Assembly (NCBI RefSeq): GCF_009914755.1 | Contig: NC_060938.1 | DNA from: the human T2T-CHM13v2.0 reference genome, Homo sapiens | Length of the DNA stretch: 64,000 nt | Reading direction: 5' to 3' (one strand) | Shown: positions 15,256 through 28,663 of the stretch, piece by piece | Position numbering within the stretch: the stretch's first letter is position 1 | How the letters are laid out: every line of letters starts with the position of its first letter | The notes under the pieces: model-generated | Databases searched by the model: none | Told to the model about the DNA's origin: nothing | What the model saw: the letters and a program-made list of their open reading frames with translations, nothing else | Program-made: the position numbers and the translations under genes

Positions 15256-15948
15256 TGTGAACCCACAAGTATCTGAGACAGGTCTCAATCAATTTAGAAA
15301 ATTTACTTTGCCAAGGTTAAAGACACGCCCGTGACAGCCTCAGGAGGTCCTGAAGTCATGTGCCCAAGGTGGTTGGGGCACAGCTTGATTGTATACATTT
15401 TAGGAAGACATGAGCCATCAATCGGTACGTGTAAGATGTACATTGGTCCAGTCTAAAAAGATGGGACATCTCAAAGTGAGGGCTTCTAGGTCATAGGTAG
15501 ATTAGGGACAAAAGGTTGCACTCTTTCGAGTTTTTGATCAGCTTTTCACTGAATACGCAATTTACATGTGAGAGTGGGGTGGCGGAATAGTCACTTATGG
15601 CTTAGTCTGGCTCAGTGAATCTGCATTTTTACATAAACAATAGGGAGGAGGAAGCAATCAGATATGCAGATATCGGGTGAGCAGAGAAATGACTTTTTAG
15701 TTCTGTCGGTTGTCTGTACCTGTTAAGATAAGTTATCAGTTTACATTGCCAGGGCAAAATTCAACAGAACCATTTTAGGGAAAAGAACTTGACGTCCACA
15801 AGGAATTTCCTTGTGAAGAAATTGTGAGGGAGGTGTGTAGCTTTTTATCTTTGTGGCTATCTTATTTAGGAATAAAATGAGAGGCAGGTTTGCCTGACTT
15901 CATTTGGCTTAGTGATTCTGGAGTCCTGAGATATGTTTTCCTTTCACA
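15256..15948 (-). mobile_element. MER4A-family solo LTR (ERV1)
   Basis: TG...CA ends (minus: tgtgaaaggaaaac...gagacctgtctcagatacttgtgggttcaca); TSD gtta at 15252-15255 and 15949-15952. Confidence 0.9.
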
Positions 15949-15983
15949 GTTATATGGAAATCCTACATGATCTTATATCAGGG

Positions 15984-16682
<699 letters not shown>

Positions 16683-17104
16683 CAGGGACTTGCGGATCCT
16701 CAGAGTTTGGTATCTGTAGGGGTCCTGGAAGCAATACCCCACAGATGCAGAGGGAAAAACGATTGGGAAAAAAAGTGGAGGGGGCTGCAGAGGGTAATGG
16801 AGGTTGCAGGGTCTGACAAAATTCCTTGACTGATCAGGAGTGGCTGGTTTCTGCCATATTTCTTTTGTTTATGCTCAATATAACTATATTCAAGGTTGAA
16901 TTCAATTTTAAAGAAATAAGCCGCTTTCTCCCAAATCATTGTGGATTTGAATTGGAATCTTTAATGTGGGCACCCCCTGAAGGTGCCTTCACTTTATAAG
17001 TCTGAAGGCAAATCAGATGAAGGCAGAGCCTCAGAGGCACCACAAAATCATATTAATCACAAAACTCATATAAAATATTTTTAGCTATTTTTACTCATTA
17101 AAGA

Positions 17105-17190
17105 GAAGTCAGGAAGGGGAAGGAAGGAAGGAAGGGAAGCAAGCAGGCAGGAAGGAAAGAAGGAAGGGAGGGGGAAGAACGAAGGAAGGA
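17105..17190 (+). repeat. (GGAA)n-like purine-rich low-complexity tract, continues at 17911-17938
   Basis: Seen directly. Confidence 0.85.
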
Positions 17191-17910
17191 CTAAAACAAG
17201 GGTAGCCTAAAGCTGTCTCCTTACATATTTAAGTTCAGCCTAAAGGTTTTTCTGTATGTCATAAACTATACCAAGAAGAGGTGTAAACAGACTGTAGCCT
17301 ACACTTGGGCCAATCACCGAGTTTTGGCCAATCAAATGTAACCAACTGCTCTGACCGTGTTCAAAAAAGGCAAACACTGAGCTGTAACCAATTCAGCTGT
17401 TTCTGTTCTGTACCTCACCTCCATTTTCTGTATGTCACTTTCCTTTTTTTGTCCACAAATCTTCTTCTACCACGTGGCTGTGCTGGAGTCTCTGAGCCTA
17501 TTCTGGCTCAGAAGGCTTCCCGATTTGTAAATCATTCAGTGCTCAATTAAACTCCTTTAAATTTCATTTGGCTGAAGTTTGTTTTGTCTTGTTTTGTTTT
17601 GAGATGGAGTCTTGCTCTGTTGCCCAGGCTGGAGTGCAGTAGCGTGATCTTGGCTCACCGCAACCTCCACCTCCCAGGTTCAAGCAATTCTCCTGCCTCA
17701 GCCTCCTGAGTAGCTGGGATTACAGGCACATGCCACCACACCCAGCTAATTTTTGTATTTTTAGTAGAGATGGGGTTTCACCATGTCGGCCAGGCTAGTC
17801 TGGAACTCCTGGCTTCGGGTGATCCACCCGCCTTGGCCCCAGAAACTGCTGGGATTACAGGAGTGAGCCGTTGCACCTGGGCGAACTCAGCTGAAGTTTT
17901 TCTTTCATCA
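17190..17910 (+). mobile_element. MER57A/B-like solo LTR (ERV1)
   Basis: agcctaaagctgtctccttacatatttaagttcagcctaaaggttt...ccaatcaccgagttttggccaatc...gctcaattaaactc...tttcatca. Confidence 0.85.
17581..17882 (-). mobile_element. AluS nested in MER57
   Basis: TSD gctgaagttt at 17571-17580 and 17890-17899. Confidence 0.95.
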
Positions 17911-18949
17911 GAAGGAAGGAAAGAAGGAAGGAAGGAAAATTAGAAAAGTAAATGGAATCATGTCTTACTAAACACAGTGGCACTACTCTTAAGCCTGCCT
18001 CTCCATTTTCCAAATGTTCCATGGCTCACCTCCCTTGCTTTAAAAAAAAAAAAAGTGGTTAAAAAACCCCGCATAACTTCACTTCTTGATTTATGTGACT
18101 GTGATGCTTCCTGCTAGCCTGGTTTACTCCCCATTTGGCCTCCTCAAAATTTCTCCAAACCCTCCCAGCAGCAGCATCAATTTTGTCTGACAACTGGCAA
18201 AAAGGAAACACATAAAAAGTGAATACTCAGGCAATTTTTAAAAGATGAGAACTGTTTAGAGGCTGCTTGCCTCCAAGAAGACTGAGGAGCTTAGAGAATG
18301 ATCTGGGAATGTCTTCAGTGTATTGCTATCTTCTTGATAAACGTGAGATGAAGAAGGGTAGCTGCATTTCAAATTAGAGATCAGAAAACCCAGGAAGAGG
18401 AAACGACTCTGGAGTTAGGATCCACCAGTCTGAGCTCCTTAGGGGCACTTCAAGGGCTGGACGAACTAGGCTAATAAAGGCAGGGAGTTGTGATTAAATG
18501 GATGAAGGACACCTGAACTTTGCCTGCAGCATTTAGTCTTCATGTGAAAGTGAGAGTGGTTTTGGAGCCTTAAGGAGAACAGGGTGGAGGGCTATGCAGG
18601 GTTGGGGACTCATGCATTGAACAGAGAAGTGGTGGATTTCAAAGTGGTGGAGCACATCATAATCACCTGTGGCACGTTTTTCAAACTCTCAGTTTTGTTC
18701 CATCCCTGTTCTCTATTGCACCCCACTGCCCATGTTCTCTTTTTTAGTTTTAGGTAAACAGTTTAGTTTTCCTCAGAAAACTAAAAATAGTACTACCATA
18801 TCCCCCTCCTATCACTGTGCAATGGAGCCTGTGTTACTCACAGGAGATTATCTATCTCCCAGTTGTGTTAAGGTTAGGAGTGTATCCAAGCTTTGTGGGT
18901 ACGGAAACTGATACAATTTTAGGGAGCCTCTTTAAGAAAATAAATACAA

Positions 18950-20918
18950 TTTCTATAAAAATTACAAAACATTGATGTGAGAAATTAAAGAGGACACACA
19001 GAAATGAAGAAATTTCATGTTCATGGATTGGAAGAATCAATATGATTAAAATGTTCATACTACCCAAAGCAATCTAGACATTACAATCCCTATCTAAATA
19101 CAAATGGCATTCTTCACAGAAATAGAAAAAAAAAATCCTGAACTTGATATAGAACCACAAAAGATCCAGAATAGCCAAAGCTATCCTAAGCAAAAAGAAC
19201 AAAACTGTTGAAATCACATTATCTGACTTCAAATTATATTACAGAACTATAGTAACCAAAACAGCATGGTACTGGCATAAAAACAGACACATAGACCAAT
19301 GGAACAGAATAGAGAACACAGAAACAAATTCACACATCTACCATGAACTCATTTTCAACAAAGGTGCCAAGAACATACATTAGGGAAAAGACAGTCTCTT
19401 CAGTCAGCAGTGCTGAAAAACTGGATATCCATATGCTGAAGAATGACGCTAGCCCCCATCTCTCACCATATACAAAATCAAATCAAGATGGATTAAATAA
19501 TTAAATCTAAGAATTTAAACTATGAAACTATTCAAAACAACATTGAAACTCTCCAAGACATTGGACTGAGTGAAGATTTCTTAAGTAATACCCCAGAAGC
19601 ACAGGCAAACAAAGCAAAACTGGACAAATGGGATTACACCAAGTTAAAAAACTTCTGCACAGCAAAGGAAACAATCAAAAAAACAAAGAGACAACCCACA
19701 GAATGGGAGAAAATATTCGCAAACTATCCATCTGACAAGGGATTAATAACCAGAATATATAAGGCACTCAAATAACTCTATAGGGAAAAATCAAATAATC
19801 AGATTTAAAAATGGGAAAAAGATCTGAATAGACATTTCTCAAAAGAAGACATACAAATGGCAAACAGGTATACGAAAAGGTGCTCAACATCACTGATCAT
19901 CAGAGAAATGCAAATCCAAACTACAATGAGATATTATCTCATCCCAGTTAGAATGGCTTTCATGCAAAAGGTAGACAATGATGAATGCTGGTGAAGATGT
20001 GGAGTAAAAGGAAACCTCGTACACTGTTGGTGGGAATGTAAATTAGAATAACCTCTATGGAGAACAGTTTGGAACCGTTTGTTTTTTTTTTTTAGTTTTA
20101 GTTAAACAGTTTATTTTTCCTCGGAAAACTAAAAATAGAACTACCATAGGCTCCAGCAATCCCATTGCTAGGTATATACCCAAAAGAAAGGAAATCAGTA
20201 TATTGAAGGGATATCTACACCCCCAAATTTATTGAAGCACTATTCACAATAGCCAGGTTTGGAAGCAACCTAAGTGTCACCAACGGATGAATGGATAAAG
20301 CAAATGTAGTACATATACACAATGGAGTACTATTCAGCCATAAAGAATGAGAGCCCATCATTTGCAACAACATGTATGGAACTGGAACTCCTTATGTTAA
20401 GTGAAATAAGCCAGGCCCAGAATGACAAACTTTTTATGTTCTCACTTATTCGTGGGAGCTAAAAAAAAAAAAATTAAAAAACAATTGAACTCATAGAGAG
20501 TAGAGTGGGGTAGGGAGAGTCAGAATGGTTAGTGAGTACAAAAACATAGTTAGATGAATGAACAAGAGCTAGTAATTTCATAGCACAACAGGGTGACTGC
20601 AGTCAACAGTAGCTTATTGTAGATTTAAAAATAGCTAAAAGACTACAATTGTTCGTAACACAAAGAAAGTATAAATGCTTGGGGTGATGGATACCCCATT
20701 TGCCCTGATGTTATTATTATACATTGTGTGACTATATCAAAATATCTTATGTACCCTGTAAATATATACATCTACATACTTAATGACTTCCAGTTCCATC
20801 CATGTTGTTGCAAATGATAGGATCTCATTCTTCTTTATGGCTGAATAGTACTCCATTGCGTACTATTTACCCACAAAAGTTAAAAACTTAAAAAAACTTT
20901 AAAAATTAAAATTTAAAG
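18950..20918 (+). mobile_element. 5'-truncated L1MA (MA1-3-like), ~2 kb, degenerate ORF2 end plus 3'UTR
   Basis: ORF2 remnants ([23 protein letters not shown]); TSD agaa(a/g)ataaatacaa at 18935-18949 and 20919-20933; inserted in a MER91-like fragment. Confidence 0.92.
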
Positions 20919-20989
20919 AGAAGATAAATACAAAATAGAGAATATAAATGCCTATAGTCAACATAAAACTCATTCAGAGCACTCCGGGG

Positions 20990-21680
20990 CCACATACAGA
21001 TCTGCATCATTCATTTTAGTAATGGCGTGATGTTTCATTGTGTAAATACACTGTAATTTACTTGCCCACCCCCATTGATAGATCTGTATATTGTTTCCAG
21101 TCTCTTGCTATTATTCTCTATCCAAGGTTGCCATGAGTACTTTTGTACATATATCAATTCCCATACTTAGGAGCATATCTGAAAGGCAAATTGTAGAAGT
21201 GAAATCACTGGGTTAAAGGGTTTGCGCATTTCTAATTTTGGTAAATATTACTAAATCACTCTCTATAGAAATTGTTCCAGGTTATAGTCCCACCAGTATA
21301 ATATGAGGGAATCTGTTTTCCACACCCTTGCTGATACAACGTTATTATCAATATTGTTTTATCTTTGTCACTTTGACAAGTTAAAAAAAATTATTTCTCT
21401 CTCCTTTTTTTTCACCATCAGTGAGTCTGAGCACTTTTTCACATATCTGAGCCGCATACGTAAGGTTCTTCTTGTTGTTATTGTTTTGATGATCCGTTCA
21501 TATCCTTTGCCAGTTTTTTTTTCTATTGGGTTATTGAATTTTTTCTTACTGATTTGTAGAAATCCTTTATATTTTAGGGAATTTAGTCCTTTGCCTATTA
21601 TGTGAGTTTCAAGTATTTTCCCCAGTCTTTTGTTGGTCTTTTGAGCTGGCTTATATGGCCTTTGCCATAAATATATTTTT
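20990..21680 (-). mobile_element. Old L1M fragment
   Basis: L1M antisense motifs (tgttcatatcctttgcc-like, ttttctattgggttattg, agtattttccccagtc). Confidence 0.7.
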
Positions 21681-22311
21681 TAAATGTCATTAAATTTAGC
21701 ATTCCAGGAATGGGCTATTTTAGCTTTGGTGGTCAGTGAAGGCTCCTCTGAAAAGGTAGCATTTGAGTGAAAACCTAAATTTCATGCCACAGGCAGGAGA
21801 CAAGTGCTGTAGTCAGGAGGCTCTGGGGCAAGAATGTGCTCGGTGTCTTTGGGGAACTGAAAGAAGCCCTGAAGAACACAATATACAATGGCACACCAGG
21901 AAGCAGCGAGTCACACCAGGCCCAGGTAGGGAGGTTTGGAAGCCAGGGACAGACATGGGCTAGCTTTTGGGCCCCAGAGAGAAACCAAAATCAATGGGGA
22001 AAAAAAAAATGATGTGAAGGCAATTTTAGGTTCTATTTAACTATTAGACGAACATTCCAATAATTATCACAGTCCAGTGTGCAGCGGGCTCCAGGGGTAT
22101 TTGTCAGCTGCTTTCCTGTCCCTGAAACTTCTCAGGCAGAAGTGTAAAACACAGCTGGGTGGAAACACTGTAGAGGAACTCAAGCGTTAGATGGGGGTTT
22201 GACTAGTTGACATTTATCTCCAGTCTAAGCTTAACAAGATTCTGAGATTTTCTGCGGTGTGTATGCCCCTGCATTTGTCTTTCCTTATGGTTTCTCTCAT
22301 TTTCTCTTCTT

Positions 22312-22607
22312 TTTTTTTTTTTTTTTGAGACGGAGTCTCGTTCTGTCGCGCAGGCTGGAGTGAGGTGGCGCGATCTCCGCTCACTCTAAGCTCCACCTCC
22401 TGGGTTCACGCCATTCTCCTGCCTCAGCCTCCGAGGTAGCTGGGACTACAGGCGCCCGCCACCACGCCCGGCTAAATTTTTGTATTTTTAGTAGAGACGG
22501 GGTTTCACCGTGTTAGCCAGGATGGTCTCAATCTCCCGACCTCGTGATCCCCCTGCCTCGGCCTCCCGAAGTGTTGGGATTACAGGCGTGAGCCACCGCG
22601 CCCGGCC
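22312..22607 (-). mobile_element. AluY
   Basis: AluY diagnostics; TSD ctcattttctcttctt (22296-22311) / ctcaatttctcgtctt (22608-22623). Confidence 0.95.
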
Positions 22608-23670
22608 CTCAATTTCTCGTCTTAAATATACTTTCTTTCTTTCTATTATCCTCCCCCGTGTGATAGTACTGCCAACGGTTTCTTCTTGGCTCCACCGATA
22701 CCTCTAAAGGCCAAGTTTATACACTGTTTACATGGAAATATCTTTCTATTTTCAGTGACACCTGTTTATGTCTATGGCTTTCACATCTTGCACATACCTG
22801 ACACAGGAACCTTCTTTGACCAGGAGTTTCTGAGGACAGGAACCACATCATTTCCCTCCTGTGTTGTATCCGGGTACAGAGAGACGGAGCCTCTGGGCGC
22901 TCAGTAATCAGGTGATGCTAATATGCATTCACAGGCTGTTTTTGCAAAATTGCTAATGACAGACAGTATGGTTTCCTCTCAACAGTTGAGATCTAGGAAA
23001 AGTGAGGGTAAAGAATGCCCTGAGGAATCAGGATAGGAAACTGAGTTGGAAGCCTTCCCTACAGATAAGTTAAAGCCACAGTTATGGATGGAATCACTAA
23101 GGCAGGTTGCAATACAGAGGGTACAAGGAGGCATGAAAATAAAGAAAACATCCATGAGATTTCTAGCATAGGAACACCTTAAAAACTGGGAGATGCCCAA
23201 TAAAAAAACAAGTCCTAAAATGCTTTTTAAAAATCCACCCTGGATTTTGTGGGAGATGGGAGTTGTCCTGCCTCAAACACATTTAGTACAATTAGATATA
23301 CAAACATAAAGAAGCCTACATTTTATGATTTGCTCACTGTTTATGTTTTACAATTTTTTGCATACACAAGCAAAGGAAAACATTAGCAAATGGGGAGGAG
23401 GGGTAAGCAGCCCAAAATAGCAATGAACAGGAGTTGATTTTATGCTTTTTAAAAAAATCTGAAAATCCATTCCACATGACAGCTAATTCATTTTACTCCT
23501 TGCTTACCATATATTCTTCTTATCAATGGGTACATTAAAAAACAACTACAAAATTGTTATTATAGAACAAGGTCAAACAAAAAGAAAAAAATACAGAACA
23601 TAGTGAATATTTCCTGTGTAAATCCTGAATTTAGAGTATGAAAAGCCAGTAGAGATTTGACTTATGCTAG

Positions 23671-24025
<355 letters not shown>

Positions 24026-25370
24026 AAACTTTCTACTTTTCTGCTTTCTGAGGCTTTGAATTTAAAACTTTTTTTATTCACTATTTGCCAACAGGACCCC
24101 AGTTCTGACTGTCAGTTGGTGAGTGTGTGAGACTTGGAGCAAATCACTTCCCCTCTCTGGGTCTCGGGATCCTCTCCTACTGAAGGACACAGGATTTTAC
24201 AGATTCTCCCAGACACTGTCTCCTATGGTTCTATGAAAACTTTACTTTCCACTGCCTTTTCTCATTCGTTTTATGGTCTAGGAAAGAGCTGCTGAATTTT
24301 CAAGCAATGCTAGGATTCTGTAGAAGGAGATACATCTGGTCTGCTGGTGCTTTTCTTAAAGTAATATACATATGTTCTGTCCATAAAACATCCTAGCAGT
24401 GTCTTTCTGCACCTTCTCCTAGAAGTCTGCACAACTTCTGTCTCTGTGATAAGATCACACAACTCCAGAAGCATAAGTCATTTATGTTGTGAACCAAAAG
24501 GCCATGGCTTGATTTTATTTTCAATCTAATCTAGCCTGATCATAAACGAATCATTTGGAGCAACTAGATTTTGAGTTGCTCCAAATGTTTTTTAGTTTAC
24601 AATTGTTTTTATTTGTTCTTTGACCATGGTAATAATAAACAGTAAACCATTCACAGAACCTACATTTGTGTAACTTATGTGGTGCATGTCCATTTGATGA
24701 ACCTTGATACTTAGGAAATGTGGAATCCCATAAGAGCAGGTTTCCTCAAGGCAAACCACTCATGAAAAGAGTCAGAAGTTTGTGTCTAATTCCTGTTTTA
24801 GAAATGTTATAAACTTGCAAATTTATTTTCCATTTGATTCAATCTGCCATCTCTAAATCTTTAGGGAGAATTACAGAAACGGAGATAAAATCTTGGTAAT
24901 TTATTCAATTTTATCACTTCTACTGATCCCATAAAAAGACTCCATCTGTCAAATTATCTTTTCTTAAAAAAAAAAAAAACCTTTTCATAATTTTCTTCAT
25001 ATGGGTATGTTGAAATGAGTAGTTTAAGTATCTGTGTCATGAAAACTATTGACGTTCCAATAAAATCTGTTCTTTCTAAATTATCTGTTCTTTAGCCTCT
25101 TTTGAGAGGAAAACTTCAGCTTCTATCATTTGTTTGTAATTTGCTTGTGCAGCATAGGATTTATTGCTTTGGGTGAATATATTATGGCATATTTGAATAG
25201 TGTAGAATAAAATATTCTTATGTTAACATATTCTGTGATTTGGATCCCAATCCATAATCAGTACATCTTTCTTTTTAAAATTTCTGCCTTGGTTTTCTTG
25301 AAAGTCAAATTGTAAGAATAAATGGTAAGAATAAAAAGAAACCTAGTTGAATCATATCTTCGATCATATA

Positions 25371-25682
25371 TTTTATTTGTTTTCTTTTTTTTTGAGACGG
25401 AGTCTCACTCTGTCGCCCAGATGACTGGAGTGCAGTGGCACGATCTCAGCTCACTGCAAGCTCCATCTCCTGGGTTCACACCATTTTCTCCAGCCTCAGC
25501 CTCCGAAGTAGCTGGGACTACAGGCTCCCGCCACCACGCCCAGCTAATTTTGTTTTTGTATTTTTAGAAGAGACGGGGTTTCACCGTGTTAGCCAGGATG
25601 GTCTCGATCTCCTGACCTCGTGATCCACCCGCCTCAGCCTCCCAAAGTGCTGGGATTCCAGGCGTGAGCCACTGCGCCCGGC
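25371..25682 (-). mobile_element. AluY
   Basis: AluY diagnostics (ccgtgttagccaggatggtctcgatctcc). Confidence 0.93.
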
Positions 25683-25712
25683 AATATAATGTGAAGCTAT
25701 TAAAAATGATGA

Positions 25713-25924
25713 TGCGTGTTCTCACTTATAAGTGGGAGATAATCTTTGGTGCACACAGACATTAAAAAATGGGAACAACAGACACTTAGGGACTCCAAAA
25801 GGAGTGGCGCAAGGGCTGAAAAACTTCCCACTGGGTGCTGTGTTCACTATTTTGGTGACAGGATCAAATAGAAGCCCAAACCTCAGCATCACTAAATATA
25901 CCCTTGCAACAAACCTGCACACGT
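25713..25924 (+). mobile_element. L1PA16/PB-like 3'UTR fragment
   Basis: gttctcacttataagtgggag...agaagcccaaacctcagcatcac...aacaaacctgcacacgt. Confidence 0.8.
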
Positions 25925-26507
25925 GGAAAGCAGCACATTTCAATCCTGTTTTCATAAAACAAGTAAAATAAATACTGTATGAATCTGAAATTTCAAATGA
26001 TGTATGCCGAGTGTAAATACTGGTACTTTTTTTGGGTGAACTATTTGAATTTCTATATTATCTTGGATATTATAGAAGTTCTTTTTATTTTTGGATACTT
26101 TTATTATCTGATTTTTAAATAATGCTGAAAAATACCTACTTAACAAAGGGTAGAGTCAAAGAGTTTTGAAGTAGAAGGGAAAGTAGAAGATTCCCTAATC
26201 CAAGTCCCCCGCCCCTCCTATCCCCTGCTACATCCAGTACTAGAATCCATTCTGAGGGTTTTTGACAGACTTATTTACTAAGGAACATCCAGACTTAATT
26301 AATAGGGAACACGCAGCTTTTCAAGTGTAACAATATAATACTGATGGCAGCAGAATTGTATTTAGGGAAAGAATATGGAATACTTTGTAGTACTGTAGGT
26401 ATGGTAAGACCCCAAGAGCATGGGTGTAAACCAATGCTAAAGTGCTATGTAAGGGATAAGGAGAATAATGTGTGTTCTTTTGAACATATTTTTGCACCAA
26501 CCACTAT

Positions 26508-26587
26508 TTAGGTTGGTGCAAAAGCAATTCTGGTTTTTGCTATTGAAAGTAATGACAAAAACCACAATTACTTTTGTACCAGCCTAA
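26508..26587. mobile_element. MADE1, intact
   Basis: 80-bp palindromic MITE ttaggttggtgcaaaagcaattc...ttacttttgtaccagcctaa. Confidence 0.9.
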
Positions 26588-26968
26588 AGTGGGAACAAGG
26601 CTTGCAGAGGAAGATGAGTGAAGTGGGCATTTAGCAAGATAGAGAGAGGAAGGCTCCACTCCCACTGTCTCTGAGTGAGGCTGGCTGGAAGTCTTTCCAC
26701 CTAGTGCTCCATGAAACTGTTTTGTTTTGTTTTGTTTTGTTTCTTTCCTTCGACGTTAACAGCTGCTTGTCTCCTTTGCTTTGTTCCCTCCCACTCTAGT
26801 GCTTTTTTTGAAAATCAAAATTGGAGATAAGTTTTACATCTGGATTGATGTGCTACAGAATGGCACAATTGAAATCAGGCACCTGGAATCAGCATTAACC
26901 ACAAGAAAATAACTTGCCAAACTCTTAGGGACAGCTCTGGACTTTCATCTTGTGAAAACTGAGGGATA

Positions 26969-27249
26969 GGCCAGGTTTGGTGGCTCATGCCTGTAATCCC
27001 AACACTTCGGGAGGCCGGGGAGCACGGATCACTTGAGGTCAGGAGCTTGAGACCATCCTGGCCAACATAGTGAAACCCCATCTCTACTAAAAATACAAAA
27101 ATTAGCTGGTCATGGTGGTACGTGCCTGTAATCTCAGCTACACTAGAGGCTGAGGCAGGAGAATCACTTAAACCCTGGGAGGTGGCGGTTGCAGTAAGTC
27201 GAGATTGTGCCACTGCACTCTAGCCTGGGCAACAGAGCGAGATTCCATC
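26969..27249 (+). mobile_element. AluS with expanded tail
   Basis: TSD aactgagggata at 26957-26968 and 27482-27493. Confidence 0.95.
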
Positions 27250-27483
27250 AAGAAGGAAAAAAGAAAGAGAAAGAAAGAAAGAGAGAGAAAGAAAGAGAGA
27301 GAGAAAAGGAAAGAAAGAAGAGAAAGAAGAAAGAAGGAAAGAAAAAAGGAAAGAGAAAAAGAAAGAAGGAAAGAAAGAAAGGAAAGAAAGAAAGAAAGAA
27401 AGGAAAGAAAAAGAAAGAAAGAAAGAAAGAAAGAAAGAAAAGAAAAGAAAAGAAAAGAAAAGAAAAGAAAAGAAAAGAAAGAA
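27250..27483 (+). repeat. 234-nt pure-purine (GAAA)n/(GA)n/(AAAAG)n compound microsatellite
   Basis: No pyrimidine across the tract; it lies inside the Alu TSD pair. Confidence 0.95.
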
Positions 27484-28663
27484 CTGAGGGATAAAAATGA
27501 GTCAATCTTAGGTGTCAACAGGCAGAGGCCCCGGGTGACATGTGGGTCACAGAAGGCAGATCCCATCATAGCTTCACAGCTCTGCTTCTTCCTCCCTCCC
27601 ATCAACTCAAAATTGGCTTCTGTATATCCCCATTTCTTTGGTCCTACAGCACAGAATCAGTTTAATCCCTGTTCCAAATGAAAGATAAAAGAAGGATGAG
27701 ACTCTTGAAATATTAAACCAAAGTAATTTTCATTCCCCTTAAGTGGTGGTGTCCTATGACCCCTCACTCGTTGAATCAATGAGTTTCACTACCTCAGGGG
27801 AAGGCTGAATACCTAACTAGAACAAAGTCATTACTCAGCTTACAGTGTCAAACTAAAATTCTTAAGTTCACAGCAAGATCATTCCAAGCTTTGTTCAGAG
27901 AAAAAAGGGTTTTGCTGAAATTCAAAAAATTTTCTTTTCCAATGTTTTAAGAGCAAAGCTCTGGGGTCTGAGCACAGAACTTCACTAGAAGGCTGTGGTC
28001 TTCCTGTGGTGTGTGTGTGTACCCCTGGAAGTACACGAAGACTTCCTCAGGACTTCTTGGGCACTGGCAATTTTAAGAAAAAAGTTTTTGACATTGTCAA
28101 CTTCCATGTGTATTCTTTCCTAAAATTAATTAATTTGCGTTTAGAATTGACTGTGATTGGCTGGTCCTCCTTACCCAACCCGTCTTTTCAAATGGTTTGC
28201 TCTCCTAGTTCACAAAAGAAAAATATGCCTCTCACCATCCAGAATCCTAAAATAGCGCATGTTCCCAGGGTACAAAAACCTCCAGGACACCAAATGACAG
28301 GACAATTGGAGAATGCACGCTCCTGAGGGAGGTTGTTTCCTAGCAGTGCCAGGTGAGCTCGTAGAAAAATCTCGAGGGCCCTGGGGCCTCATTTCATCCA
28401 GGTTGCAGAGCCATATGCAGCCCTATGCCTCATCTGCTTATCTTTGGTTCTATGTATTAGAATTCAGAAGTGATATGGTTGCCATGAGGACGCATATGGA
28501 AACATTAACTTAAATTGAAAAATTAAATCAAGACTTGTCCTGACAGAAAGTACAGCTGATTTGGCTGGACAACAAAAACTAACTTTGGCCATTAGGATCT
28601 GTGCAGACATTTTCCATATATTGAATGAGCAAAATCTAATGTTCTAACAAAAAAATATATTTA

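Noticed and set aside
24282-24366. Possible cassette exon (acceptor 24281, donor GTAATA 24361)
   Set aside because: Weak donor and no supporting partner exon.
24600-25300. Possible ancient hAT-Tip100 transposase remnant on the minus strand
   Set aside because: Similarity too faint to support without an alignment.
27168-27681. K/E/R-rich and F/S/L-rich ORFs
   Set aside because: Read-through of the purine microsatellite.
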